Both the position numbers and the translations under genes were made by a program. Shown here in pieces: positions 25,886-39,822 of a stretch of 64,000 nt of DNA. The stretch spans positions 109,306,001 to 109,370,000 of the forward strand of contig NC_135809.1 in the NCBI RefSeq assembly GCF_964213995.1, read 5' to 3'. The stretch comes from Mustelus asterias. Taxonomy: Eukaryota. Every line of letters begins with the position of its first letter. Within the stretch, counting starts at the first letter, position 1. The notes below the pieces were generated by a model. The model was not told where the DNA came from. It searched no databases and saw only the letters and a program-made list of their open reading frames with translations.

Positions 25886-28800
25886 TTTTAAAATTACGAT
25901 TTAAAATTAGCTGCAGGTGCAATCTCATTTTCCACTGCATCCGTGGACTTTGGAACTTAATTATTGCCTTATGCAATAATTTGTGTTAATCATAAGATGC
26001 TCGAGATTCACCAACTTGAAAATTATAGCCAGAATTCAGCACAATGGCAGACTTTTAAAAATTTCTTCCTTCCTTCCATTGTTTCCTTTAGTCACCCATG
26101 TTTATTCAGCATTGGTCAGAAAATGCTCCACCTCAATTTAATGCTCTCTTTGAATGGTGACTCAAAATAAATTATCTATTTTATCTGTAAGAATTTTTTC
26201 AAGTGTTGTAAATGCTGAAAACCAGAAATTAAATCAAAAAATGGTGGGAATACATCTGCACTTCTTTCAGACACTGATCAGTCTATTGTGCATTTCCGTT
26301 ATTTTCAGTATTAATTATGTGAATGCTTTACTATTGCCCAACTTAAATGCCACTGTACTTAATGTTGCAATGCTTCCCATATCATATTTATAAACTGGTG
26401 AATTGTTATTGGAGCTTAATTTTCTACTATATACGCAAGACAGTAAATACAAAATTGTACTGTTTGTAAATCTCCGTAATTAAACTAGTGATTGTATCAC
26501 AATGAGCTGAAATATAAATGTGGTAAACAGTGATGTGTAAGTAAAGTCTTTCTCACTAATAAATATTAAATTTGCTTCATTACTGGCATACTTTCTTGAC
26601 AACTGTTTGTGTGCCTCCAGAGCCACTTCAGAGATGTAATTATAATTGTCTTTAGAATCACCAAATGTTGGGTAAACTGGTTCTCCTCGTGTATTTTGTC
26701 TGCATCCTAGTCATGGTTGTGTCGCTTTTCCTAAAATAAGGCAGCCAAAACTGGACACTATTACACTTATGGTTTATACAATGCCTTGCATTGGTTTTGC
26801 ATCAACTTTGCTTTTTATGCAGTATCTATTTATAAGTGCTTTCCTGGTTTCTTATTATCCTCTTTTTAACTTTTGGCTTTCAATTTTAACAATTTATACA
26901 TCCGATTAAAAGGGATTAAGTGGAGAATCTGAAGTAAAGTTTTATCAATCGGAATATATTTCTTCATATTTCTGACTAAATTACTTATGCAGTCTGCCAA
27001 GGGGATCTATCTGCTCTTCCTCATCTGCCTGTTACCTCCTGACAACATCATCCAAAGTCAAACTTCACATGTAGCACAGCTCTACCTCACCAATGCACTG
27101 AATCCCTCCATTGCCTCTGTGTCATTAGATTGCCTATCCTAACATCCATCTCCTGGAGGGGTTACCACTCCCTCATGTAGAATGTTGGGAAAACCAAAGT
27201 TGTCCTCTTATGCCCCCTCCCCAGTAGAAACCAAAATCCTTTTCCACTGATTCCATCCCATCTCCAGCAACCAGACAGGTTCAATATGATTCATTGTGCC
27301 TTATTTATCTGGACTTGAGCTTCTGAACCCATTTCAACTCCATGGAAAATCTATCCCTGCCTCAGTCCATCAACTGCTGAGCCTCACTTTGTGTTAGTGC
27401 CACCCACAGACTTAGTTATTCCAATCTCTCCTGGTTGACCTATGTAGGATTGTCAATAAATTTCATGTGTTTCCAAAACTCTGCTGCTATATTCTATTCT
27501 TCACTGATCCCCATCACATTTCATTTGTGTGCTTTCTGACCTATTTAGCTCCTGATTCCCAATATCTTCAATTTGAAATATTCCCATCGGACAGGTCATA
27601 TCTCTTCATATCGACTATTCCCTGTCACTATATATGAATCCTCATATGATTTTGCTCCTTCAGTTTTGACCTCTTGCATTTTCCTCCATTTCTTTCCCCC
27701 ACTATTAGCAGCTGTGACTTCATCCACTTTGACCCTAAGCTCAGAATTCTCTACTCAAACATCTTCCCCTCTCTAAACCTCTTCATCTCCCTCTTAAGAC
27801 CCTCCTTAACATATTATTTCTCGAAGCTTTTAGTCACCCCCTTCTGCTATCTCAGATTTTTTAATGCTTTCCTGGTATATGGACATCACTGGCAAGACCA
27901 TTGTCCATCCCCGTTATTAATTGCCCTTGAGAAGACTTGTGAGCTGCTGCCTTGAACCTCTGCAGTCTATTTGGTACAAGTACACCTACAGTCGGTTAGG
28001 AAAGAAGTTTTTTGATCCAGTGACAGTGAAGAAACAGTGTTACAAACCCCAGTGCCTCTCCCATATCCCTTGATCTCTTCAGCCCCACGAGTTCTATCTA
28101 ATTTCTTCTTGAAATAACACAATTTCAATATCATTAACACGGTACTCGTTCCCTTTCACCTTTATAACCTCGTCAGAGAGACATCAGGCCAGTGAGATAA
28201 ACATCTGCTCCATAAAAGATTGCTGCAGGTGCCGCAGTAGCGAAGGGGAGTGAGGAGGTAAGTTGCTCTGACCACTGGCTTCCTTGTTGGGTGGCTGCAT
28301 GGGTGGTTTTTCTTCCGGGGTGGGGGTGGGGGTGGGGGGGGGGTGATGCTGGTCATGTGGTTGCTGGGCTCAGCACTGGTTGGGGCCAGCAGTGGGGGGA
28401 TGGGGAAGCTGCTACTGGTGTGGGGAGGGGGAGGGACAGTCTGGGGGTTTGAACTTGGGGGTGGGGGGAATAAGTAGTCTGGGGGTGCTGAGGTGGGGAG
28501 TATGAGCAGTCTGGGGGTGCTGAGCTTGAGGGTGAGGGTGGGGGTAGGGGTGTAGGGGCTGGACCTACACTGCCTTTATCCTCCCCCATCACCGAGCTCA
28601 GCACCCTAAGACAACCCTACCCACCCCCGAGCCCTGCAACCCCAGGCTGCTGTTGCCAGCCACCCCTGAAGTTTGGATCCCCAAACTGCCGATACCCCCT
28701 GACCCCCGAGCTCTGCACCCCCAAACTGCCATTACCCTCCCCATCCTGAGCTCTGTACCTCCAGACAGCTCCTACATGACCCACACCCAAGCTCAGCAAC

Positions 28801-31800
28801 CCCAGACTGCCCCTATCCCCCAACCAATGCTATTAATATGATGACGGTACCACAAACATAGTATTGAGTTGGAAATGATTCTATTCATGTTGAAGCAGGA
28901 AGACTAAACTGTGAAAGTCCCTCACCTAAAAAAACTTTTTCTTTGCAAGATTATTCATTTGCCAACCTGAATGTTTCTAATTTGCCTACTCATTCACTTG
29001 TCCAGAATACTTCTCCACTGTCCTAGTCGCAGTGTATTCCATTTCTGCTATTTGCCCACCAGCATGCTCACTGCCAGCATGCTTCCTAGCTCACAAACTC
29101 AGCTATGTGCCTCACATTTTTGTCACCTGTTCACCAAACTAGGTGTTTCTCAGCATGTCTCACACCCTAGTGTTTCATGGTCCACCTGTTCACTTACCTG
29201 TCCAAAGTGCTTGCTGATCCACCTATTTGCTCTCCTCGTCAATCCTTTTATGGCTGTCCAACCCAAATAAATTCCACCTTACCCACTGAGTTCTTTGTTT
29301 ATTTCCTGAGGATGGATAAAATGAGCATTGGTCTTCTAATTACTTTTGAGAAGGTGGCGGTGAGCCATCTTCTTGAACTGTGGCAGTCCATGTGGTGTAG
29401 ATACATCAACAGCACTACTGAGGAGGGACCAAAAACAGAAAATGCTAAAACAAATCTCAGCAGGTTCAACAGCATCTGTGGAGAGAGAATAGAGCCGACC
29501 CTTCAAGTCTGGATGACCCTTCGTCAGAGCTCCGTAATCCAGTTTTTTCTTTTATCTATTGAGGAGGGAGTTCTGACACTTTGACCTGTTGTCAGTGAAG
29601 GAGCAGCAATATAGTTGCAAGTCAGGATGCTGTGTGGCTTGGAGGGAAATTTGCAGGCGAATTCCCATGCATCTGCTTGTCCTTCTAAGTGTTAGAGGTT
29701 GCGGGCTTGGAAGAAGCTGTTGAAGGAAGCTTGGTGAGATGCTGCAGCCTATCTTTTAGATGTTACACGCTGCAGTCACTGTGCAGTGTGCAACGTGTCT
29801 TCAAAAAGAGCAAGTTGGCTATACCATGCTGTCTACAAACAATGCTGCTAAGGCCTGCTGCTGTACACACAGCTCGCCAACAGCACTCATGAGCAGATAG
29901 TGGTGTTGGTGTGGGGTGCTGGCTTGTGCTACAATTAATTGGGAACAGTAATTTTGCGTGATACTCATCTCAATCAGAATGGGTGCAGGCAGGTCAAGAA
30001 TCACCATCACCACATCCAAAAATCAAGTTATCCAGATTCTAACTCAATATCTTCCAATCTCACCTTAAGCAACAACACAAGATCATCCAGTGTTTGAAAG
30101 ATTAGGAGCAATTCATACATGTTTAAACCAATATACAAAATCTTTATTACATGTTCCTTTGGTATGTAGAAATAAACAAAGTTGCTACAACAGAATAACT
30201 TCATTTGCTGATCAAATACAGAACTATGTTGATACCAGAAGAGATACAATTCACCTTTTAAAAAGAAAACATTTGTAAGTAAAACATGAATATACAGGGA
30301 AATTCTTGACAGTTAAATCTCTCAATTGTACTTAGTAAAAATCCCAAATGTTTAACATTTATTACAATAGGGCCATCTCAATTAAAATTCTTTGGATTGT
30401 GAGATCATAAATGTGCAATTTTATGATTACAAAACAAACTGAACCAAGAAATCCTGCATCAGGTTAAAAAATGAATGAAATAGTAATATGCTTTCCTATA
30501 CATAGATTTACATAGGATATGCAGCATCAAAACAGTGGTGGGCATCCTGTGGCTGGGGGGGGGGGGGGGCACATGACATCCATCTGGGTGCTATGTGTGG
30601 CCCATGAAACATTTTATTGACCACTTCCCATGCAGAGGGTTGCCACAATCCACTGATTTCCATCTGCATAGGTTTTTTTCCTGCCGGTATGACTGAAGTG
30701 ATGCGCACGTAAAGCAAGGGCAAATGAAATGTGATGCTTGTTGTTTGCACACATTGATTGTAAGACATGTGCTCCCACTATGTCAAAAATGTAAACAATT
30801 TGCTTTTTTCCATTTGAAGTTGATGATAATTCCATTAATATACACGATTAAGCATTTTCTATAACATCATTATGAAATATTGGCACGTATTAAATGTGTT
30901 TAATCTTATTAATGAGGTCATGGTTAGTGAACAAGCCTGATTTCAATCTTGCGGCCCACTGAGATGGAGGAGGTTGTGGCCCACTCACTTGCCTAGGTTG
31001 CCCATCATTACGCTCAAGTGCATAAAGTTCACAGATTTCTGAATTCACATGAGATTGTTGACTAAGAGTCTCTGGTAAATGTATGTAAATAACATAAAGA
31101 CTGTATGGCCCTTCAAGCTGGCACTGAATGAGGCAACTCCACTTTCCTGCAAGCTCCCTAAATCCTTCCACTCTCTGAGACTAAAAAATTATCTATCTAT
31201 ATCTATCACATCTGGCCTTGAGTAGATTCAATGGTGGAGCATCCACAACCCTCTGGAATTGAGAATTCCAGAGGCGCACAACCCTCCAAAATGAAAACAT
31301 TTGTCCTTACCTCAGTCTGAAATGATTGTCCTCTTTATCGTGGGACTGTGCCCCCATGTTCTAGATTCCCCATCCAAGGGGAACAATCTCTCAGAGTTTA
31401 TCTTATCAGAATCGTGTCTGTTTCAACGAGACTACATCTCATTCTTCTAGACTCCAGAGAATACTAGCCTAATTGACTCAACCGCACCTCATAAGGCCAT
31501 CTTCTCATCTCAGCAACAATTCTATTGAACGTAGGGAAAGACAGTACTAACTTGAGGGAAAGTGGAGAAAAAAAGGGAAGAAATGAGGAGTGTTTCAGTT
31601 AAAGGGAAAATTATGGTGTAACACATGGAGAGAACTTCCCTGCTCTTCTTTGAAGAGTCACAGAATCTTTTATGTCTAACCAAGAGAGCAAGTGGGGTCT
31701 CCACTTCATATGTCATACAAATGACAGCATTCTAAACATTTAAGAGGAATGAGAGCCACCTCTGGGTCAAGGCTGAAAAGTGTTTCTGAAGTATCTTTCC

Positions 31801-33730
31801 AACTAAGAAATAATGTATGCTGTGGAGTGAATTAGAAATAACTATTCCTGCACTCATTTGTTAAAAGAAAACTTACATAGTTAACAAAATGTTTTGTCAA
31901 ATTATAAAAGTTGGTAAAGATATCTTCCAAATTTGAAACCAATATTAATATTCTTCTGCTTTATAAATATACACAGAAGAAATAGCAGCCTTCAAATAAA
32001 ACAAACTGACTCCAGTTTAAAGCAGATACAACAATCTTGTTATAAAGCAGATGTATTTTGCTTACTTGTTTTAAGTGATAATGAAAGGAATAAAATATTA
32101 GGGGTGGGGAAGGAATTCTGTAATCCTACAGTGTCAGATGTACATGTTGCAATGACAGGGAGTTGGATTTTCAATTATGGCATTTGTAGAAAACCTCAGC
32201 ACCTCGGAGTCTGCTAAATTTATCAGTCTGGTTCTTCCTTTAAAAATAGATAAAATGCATCTGTTTAACAGACTTTGTACGATACACAAAGCATATTTAC
32301 TTCTCAAATTCATGGCCATGGGATGAAAACAAAACCACTTGGACTTTCATACGTGTTGCCAGTTTATAAATCAAGCAAGTTACTCAATCGCCATGAACCA
32401 AAGAAAGAAAATACAAAGAATTTTGCCCTCATGTTCCAAACAATTAAGCTGAAACAGACAACAGAAAGCTCACCAGGTAACTCTTTTATAGTCAGTGGGA
32501 AGAGGTGACCAAGGAGGTCAATGCTAACTTAGTTCACAGGAAATGGCTGCAATCCTGAAGAGCGTCCTCAATGTTCCCAAGAATTTTACCTCTCATCTCA
32601 ATGGTCCGTTCCTGCAAGCACACAGGCACTATCCTCCACTGATTTCCTTCACTTCCTACAATCACAACACCACTCCATCTTTCTCCACACATGCACCCCT
32701 CACTTACTCATGTAACACCATAACTATTCAGTCACAACAAGCACATTCTGGTTGTCACACTTTATCCTGCAGGAAAAGGTTCCACACAGGTTAGGCAGAA
32801 GATGGTGACTATAGACACTGGAGGCCACCTGCATACCTTTACCCCACACAAAGAGAACATATGGAACATTACAGGAATGGGGCCAGTTATGATCTTGAAG
32901 AGTGACAACACAGGAGATGACACTGTGTCCTCTCATTCTCACCCTATGCAGCCAGCACAATAGTGTGTAGAGATCATTTTAGCAGTTAATTCATTATCTC
33001 CTCTCTTCCCTCACTTATATCCCTTGTTCCTCTATTTTATGCAGTTATTCTGTTTTCACAAACAGTGCATTTGAAGGCCTGTCCTCAATGCTCATTCTTT
33101 CAATTTCTATATAAATAGCTAATTAGAAACATGGGGAAAATCCATTAATCATTTAATTTTTAATTGTTCTCTGCCTTTTATTTCTTTATTTTTCTTTCCC
33201 CCTATTTTATCCCCTTCTCTTACCCTTTTCCCCTCTTTTTCTCAATATTACCTCCTCCCACCCATCTTCCCCCTCCCCCCCACATCTTCATCTGTCACAG
33301 TTTGCCCTCTGATTTCAGCTTCTCTGCCATTTGGCCATTCACACTTCCTATTCCCTCTATGGACTGCCATTAGCAGCCTTTCCCCTTGTTTTTATGGCTA
33401 TGACTCATCTTTCATTCCCTCACCCTACAGTATAAATATCTCCCACTTTCTACGCCTTTTAGCCTTGACAAAGGAGCATCTGGACTCGAAACGTCAGCTC
33501 TTTTCTCTCCTTACAGATGCTGCCAGACCAGCATTTTCTCTTTTGGTTCCATTAATCATTCAGCTGTCTGTATTATTGATTATCTTAGATACACATATCT
33601 TACAAAGATAAAGGATAAATGTGTTAGTGAGTAGAAAACGTTAGACCATAAATGATGAAATTTCATTCACCAATGGAATAGGTAATGCAAGATAAAAACA
33701 ATGGGGTTGCTTCCATCTTTCACATCAAAA

Positions 33731-34071
33731 TCACAATGAGCTGCTTCCTGTTCCTGAAATACCAACTCCACTTAATTTCAGTTGGAAGTCTCGGCAAATT
33801 GGGTCCATCTCAGTGATCACTTCAATTTGGAGTTTACAATTGCCATCCTCTTGCTTTGGTACATAAGTTAGTGCAGTGGTGAAACCTACACCAGTTTTAA
33901 ACGGTGTATTGGTAATGCAGATCATATCTTCAAAAGGGTAAACCTCTCTGGACCAAGTGATGTGGGTGTCTTCTATGGTGGATCCTGTAATTGTGCAGGA
34001 AACCGTCACAGGCTGGCCAGCTTTAGGACATTCAGTCCGGCAAGTGATCTGTGATACCTCCTGGAAATTAT
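33731..34071 (-). CDS. Gene 2 exon: divergent distal Ig-like domain (F-strand Cys absent)
   Basis: Acceptor attccaacag|. ITCRTECPKAGQPVTVSCTITG..ITW..FTTALTYVPKQEDGNCKLQIEV. Ends either at the TGA at 33731 or at a phase-1 donor at 33763 (|gtattt, 309-nt exon); a candidate last acceptor at 32448 gives A*. Confidence 0.7.
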
Positions 34072-34774
34072 CTGTTGGAATAAAATTAATAACAATAAAA
34101 CTCTTAAAAATGTGACATAGATATAGATTTAATTCTATTAATACAAGGAAAATTCTAGCAGTAGAGCTCTGCACTCCTACACTAGGGGCCTTTTCATTTT
34201 AGTCTCAACTGCTTCTAATATTCTACAAGAAGTGAGGCATTTGTCACCAAGTCCCTGCATGAATCACGAGCCTTGAAATGAAATAAGCAGGACAACAGCC
34301 AGAGACAGTCTAGCCATCCTCTGTCTCAATTGAGTGTATGTGGAGTTAAAGGAATAATGGAAATGGAGCCATAAAAGAAACAAAAATATTCAAGAGTGAG
34401 ATACAAGGAGGAATTCTATTCTTCACACCGGGAACTTTGACTGCGAGATTAAAGTGCTATACACAAATACTAAAAGGTTTTATAGTTTATATACTAGTAA
34501 TTTATATACCAGTTACACAGAAAAGCCAAATTGATACAATTTATTCATTTCTGGGCAAATATTTGTGCACTATCAGAATGGGCATGTTTCCAGTTCAGAG
34601 GTATTTACTAAAGTTGAAACAATTATGAAACATATCACATCCTGGCAACTGGCAAAGGGAGAGCCACAGGAGATAAGTGGAACAGTTAGCATGACATCAA
34701 CTATTAAGCACCAAGTCACTCCATATTACAAAAAGCTTGAACACCGTAGCAGATCTGGTAACTTTAAGATCTGG

Positions 34775-34953
34775 CTGGCTGTAGGGATTCGCATTCTAAT
34801 CAGTATTCTGTAACTTGATTTCTGTGTCTCTGTGCCCTGTTTGAGAGCACATTTCCACTCCATCTGACGAAGGAGCAGCGCTCTGAAAGCTAATGGTGTT
34901 TGCTACCAAATAAACCTTTTGGACATTAACCTGGTGTTGTTAAAACTCTTACT
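34775..34953 (+). mobile_element. Penelope terminal-repeat remnant
   Basis: Matches 60405-60590. Confidence 0.72.
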
Positions 34954-37132
34954 AAGATTCAAGAAGCCAGTGCATTATTGACTGTCTGCTACCAGGCTTC
35001 ATCAACTGAAGGTCCATGGGCTGCAGGCCTTTTATGTGGTCCCCAAAGCTACTGCTCAAAAGCTGGCACACAGGCCGGTCAGTTCAAATGCAGGCAAATG
35101 AAATTCAAGATTTTGCAAAGGGCTGATCTTCCAATCACAGGCCATTCTATTCCCATATCTGTTGCTGATAAGTGATCAGAAGCAAATGAGGGAGAGAAAC
35201 AGTGCAGGAGCAGCGATCACCGGTGGTGGCGAATGTGTCGAGGGCTGCCTGCCCAGGTGAAGCAAAGCTAAGTTGGGGAATGCCAAGCTCAGGCAGGGGC
35301 CGGTGTCTGAATGATGCAAAGGTTGCCCTTGTATCCACTATTGTCTGCATTCTGATATATCAGGTTTCCTGTGCATAAGGACAACAGATCGTTTGCACTT
35401 TTTGCATGATTTCTGCAAGGAAGAAGTCTTAAAATCAGAAGATGGCAACTTTTGGTAGACCCCAAAACTGAAACATAACATTTCAATGTGGAGAGAGCCA
35501 TGTGGATTGAGGCAAGCACTTTGGGTGATACAGACAGGAAATCAGAAAAGGTATTTGCCACATAGGGTTTGTCCTGTGGAACCTTTCATTAATCTTCAGT
35601 GAAACACAGCATGAGATCCTGATTACTATTTCAATTAAAATTAACATAAGCTCCATTCCTGAATTTCTATTCTAAGCTTTATTTCTCTTCTTTTTCTAAG
35701 TGTGTCTGAATGCAGTGAGGCTGTGCTCAGTGCATCCAGTCTTGTAGAGTGAGAACTAGCACTCATTCTCTCCCCTCCCAACGACCAGGACAGAGATGTG
35801 AGCGCACACACGCCCAAAGGGTTGGTACATGAATAATGTAATACTGATGAGATGCAGTAAAACAAGTTGCTGACTGAAGGATCAAGATGCATTGCCCATT
35901 CTCAAACAGTGACATTATGATTTAAGGTTTCTGTTTTTAATTATATACAGAACCAAGAACAGTCAGAAATTGATGGATAAACTGGAGTCCACTCTGTGCA
36001 CTGTAATCCACCTTCGAACGTTTGAATAGGGGACAACCCATCGGAGGCCACGAGAATAGTCAGCAGTTCGTTCAAAGTTTCTCCAGCTGCCGCCATAGAC
36101 TGTGTGTCAGACTGAGGAGGAATGTCTCATGGCTCTTTGTTTATCTCAATGTAATCATTTTTATGTGCAAAGATAGCCCCAGTTGCCAGCATAAAGAAGG
36201 AAAGAGTGCAGGCTCTCAGCAGCCAACAGCAGGTCCACCTCTCCTGCCTTGAGGAAATGGCACAAGATCCAGTCAACTCATATCATCTTGTCAATTAGAA
36301 GGCACCTAAGAAAATCACAAGCTATGTGCACACACACTATTCACATTTTGATTAAAAATATGGTTGCACTAAAGATGTGTTGAAATTGGATTTGATTAGA
36401 TAGTTTTTCTTCATCCTATTAGTTGATGCACTCAGGGAAAAGTTTGTGCAATGACCAGATGTGGCAGTTTTATCTTAATGTGGCAGAAATATGCTCTGCA
36501 GCTAGGAAATCGCTGAGCTCTATTTTATCCGCATGCCTAGGCTGCTGCTCCAATAAATCCTCAAGTGTGGGCTACTAATGGGTAGATGTCAAGAGCTTCC
36601 AGCGCAATCTCACCAGCCTGATTTCCCTTCCCTTCCAGGGAGCATACGAATTAGAAATGTATGTCCTGTCTTGTCTGAAGGCAAATGGCAGAGAATGAAT
36701 CATTAGGAACGGCAAACAAAAATACTAAATTACTGAAGAAATAAGGATTTTGCAAAGCTTTAATCATATTTGTGTTTGGTTATTTAACAGGCCAGCCACA
36801 AAAATGCTGTGGTGACAGGAACTGGTTAAAAGTTCATTACTCTGTCTCCCTAAAGTCTTTACATCTCCTACAAGGCACAAGACAGGATAATAATGGAATA
36901 ACCTCCACTTGCCTGGATAAGTGCATCTCCAACAATATTCAATGAGTTCAACACCATCCACAACAAAACAGCCTGTTTATTTGATACCCTATTCTTAAAT
37001 ATTCACTCCCTCCACTGCCAGCGCACAGTGACAGTAATGTGTACTTCCTATAGGAGGTACTGCAGCAACTACCAAGGCTCATTCAATAATAACCCCCAAA
37101 CCTGCCTGTAGAAAAGTAACAGGTGCATGGAA

Positions 37133-37476
37133 ATCGCTTCTCGGCCTTTTGGCTAAGATCAAGTGTATGGACGGCAGCCCATGGTCGGCCGCACTTGGTC
37201 GAGGTCATTAGGTTGCGCTGGGGCTTCGTGTGTTTCATATGAAGCAATTTTTGGGGGCGGCATCTCGGCCTTTTGGCTGAGATGCAGATGAGCTCGGGTC
37301 TTGGAGGAGGAACCTCTCCCTTCTCCAATCAGCTTGGCTCACGTAGATCAGGCCCAGGACAGGGTGGTTTGGTTGGTCGCTCGCCCTGTCTTGTCAGCCT
37401 GGATCTGAAATGTCTCAACTTGTTGAGACTCTGAATTGGATTTGATTTGATTGAATTGGAAAAGTATATAAAAAAA
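37133..37476 (+). mobile_element. U2 snRNA-headed SINE-like retroposon
   Basis: Starts ATCGCTTCTCGGCCTTTTGGCTAAGATCAAGTGTA (U2 nt 1-35). A second U2-like segment lies near 37263. A-rich tail, with TSD aacaggtgcatggaa on both sides. Confidence 0.85.
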
Positions 37477-37786
37477 AACAGGTGCATGGAAATACACTAC
37501 ACAATTTCCCCTCCAAATGACTCTCCCATCCTGACCTGGAAATACATTGCCATTCGATTACTGGAATTTCTGCCCAATGGCACTGTGGGAGTACCTACCT
37601 AGCCCAAATTGCAGCTGTTAAAGAAGGTGGCTCACCACCTTCTGAAGGGCAATGAGGGATGGACTTTTGTTGACCTTGTTCAGTGACACTCACGTCTTGT
37701 GAACAAGTGAAAAACCTTCAATTTGTTAAAAGCTAAGGAGATAAATAACTGCATTTCCTGCACATTCAGGCACCAGATTTTCTCTG

Positions 37787-38050
37787 GTTAGCACTGCTGC
37801 CAGGGACCCGGGTTCGATTCCTGGCTTGGGTCACTGTCTGTATGGAGTTTGCACATTCTCCCTGTGTCTGCGTGGATTTCCTCCGGGTGCTCTGGTTTCC
37901 TCCCACGGTCCAAAGACATGCTGGTTAGGTGCATTGGCCATGCTAAATTCTCCCTCAGTGTACCCGAACAGACGCCGGAGTGTGGCATCTAGGAGATTTT
38001 CAGAGTAACTTCATTGCAGTGTTAATGTAAACCCACTTGTGACTAATAAA
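37787..38050 (+). mobile_element. HE1-like SINE, alternative tail
   Basis: HE1 head and core plus the tacccgaacag..gtgactaataaa tail. Confidence 0.78.
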
Positions 38051-39227
38051 CAAGGCTATTGTTATCAGCTCACAGAAACCTGCCACACAAACAATATAAA
38101 TCCCTGAATGAGCAAGAACACTTCAAACTAATGCCTGTCAGATGCTCTGCTATTTTTCAAACAGACCTTTGACACAGAAGCAGAACACAAAACAAAATTG
38201 TAATTCCTTGAAAATTATGTGGAATCTGTAATTGTTTTCAAGAGTTTTAAATAGCTGCATCAGTTGTAAAAGAATTCATTGAAATTTCCTTCGATAATAA
38301 GAAATGCAGGTCCATGTGACCTGGCAACCCTTGACCTGGAAGCAGTACTAAGAGGAAGGAAGTTAATAAACAAATTGTGTGGCTGACAGCTGGGTTCAAA
38401 GGAGAGCTGCAAGCAGATGAGTTGGAGGGTGAATGTGATTGGTGTATGGATGCAAACAAAGAGAAAAAAGACAGACACAGAAAGAGGAACACAAGTGATT
38501 TCTTGTGCAGAGAAGAAGCAAATCACCCCAAGGAAAAGATCAATTGTTCTTGTTTCACAGGACAAAGGAGATGGGAGCTCTTCGGAGGTACTGTGCAAAC
38601 TTTCTAAGAGTGTCCAAATCCTGGAAAGCTGTGCAAATAGCTTGGGGATGCTTAAGTACTGAATGTTTTCCCAGAAGTGGCCAAACTGCTAAGTGGTATA
38701 AGTTGGTCAGTTGAAAGGGAATTCTGGCATCTGGAAAGCTACACCATCAGGGCTGTCATGACCGGAGAGGGTTCATAGACATATGAGTTGGTGCTGATAT
38801 TCATGAAACATGAAGGCGAAAGCTGTTGTCAGATAGGACTCCTGGCTTACCCTGTATTAATAAAGGACAACATTTTGTGGAACTGTGCAGCTATGCAGTG
38901 TCACTTTTATGAGAGAGTGAAAATCAATGCTTGTCGTTGTGCAAGATCGAGGGGGGGATTATGTGGCCTCACTCGAGCGAGGCCAGAAATTCCCACTTGA
39001 GGTCAACGGAGATTTTCATTGTTGGAACCCCGCCAGCTCCAATTCCGTGGCAGGGGAGGTAGTAGAGTTCCGCCACTACTGTCTAAAGTAAAATTTACCT
39101 ATTAGTCATATCATTTACTTGTTAATTAATGTGCGATTTGTGTTGGCTCTGATTCATGATAAAGAGAAAGCTACAAAAGTATAATCATGGGTCATTTTCT
39201 CATTTGATTTTCATCCAGTAAACATGG

Positions 39228-39586
39228 TTATTTTGATTTGTGGTTTCCCCACAGGGATTGTGGTAATGGTTGCTTATCCAGTCGATCGAGCACCCAGTTA
39301 ACTTCCGATGGCTTTATTAGGCTTTCATGTTCTACTTGGCACGTGTACGTCTTCTCAACATCAGCCCTGGTAGGTAGACTCTTCACACTACTTGTCAAGC
39401 AATAGAGTCCATCACTTCCCAGAGTTGGCTCACTTTCTTCAGATTCTTCTGTCATTATTTCACCACTTTTGAGCCAAGTAACTCTGATGATCTTGGGGTA
39501 GAAAGAATGTATTCGACAGTATAAAGTCATGGGTTCTCCGGCCATTATTTTTTCTGTACATGTTATTATGTCCAGTTTTGGAGGGG
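39228..39586 (-). CDS. Gene 2 exon: post-TM Ig C1 domain D3 (expected donor at 39277 reads AT; read-through stops at 39228)
   Basis: Acceptor tttcttattcag|. LYCRIHSFYPKIIRVTW..SDGLYCLTSSV..YTCQVEHESL; paralog of gene 1 D3. The domain ends ctg g|ATAAGC. Confidence 0.85.
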
Positions 39587-39822
39587 CTGAATAAGAAACA
39601 GGAAAAACAAACTTACTGTAGGTTTTAACGGAGGCAGATTAGAGATATTGGGGTCTAGATTCTACCCTATCTGTAGCCAATGGCCACATAATTTAATCCA
39701 TTGTGTTCTGAAAATTCAGAATGGGGCTAAGTGTAAAATAAAAAGTTACACAGTAAGCTCAATTAGAGAAACATCATGCTCAGGACACTTCATTCATTAA
39801 AGATGTTGAAAATATTACATAC

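Noticed and set aside
28160-28840. G-rich then C-rich segment with Pro-rich ORFs
   Set aside because: Low-complexity, probably decayed GC-rich repeat; no splice or domain support.
37133-37170. Functional U2 snRNA gene
   Set aside because: Only the first ~35-40 nt match. There is no Sm site or 3' stem-loops, and it is embedded in a TSD-flanked poly(A) retroposon.
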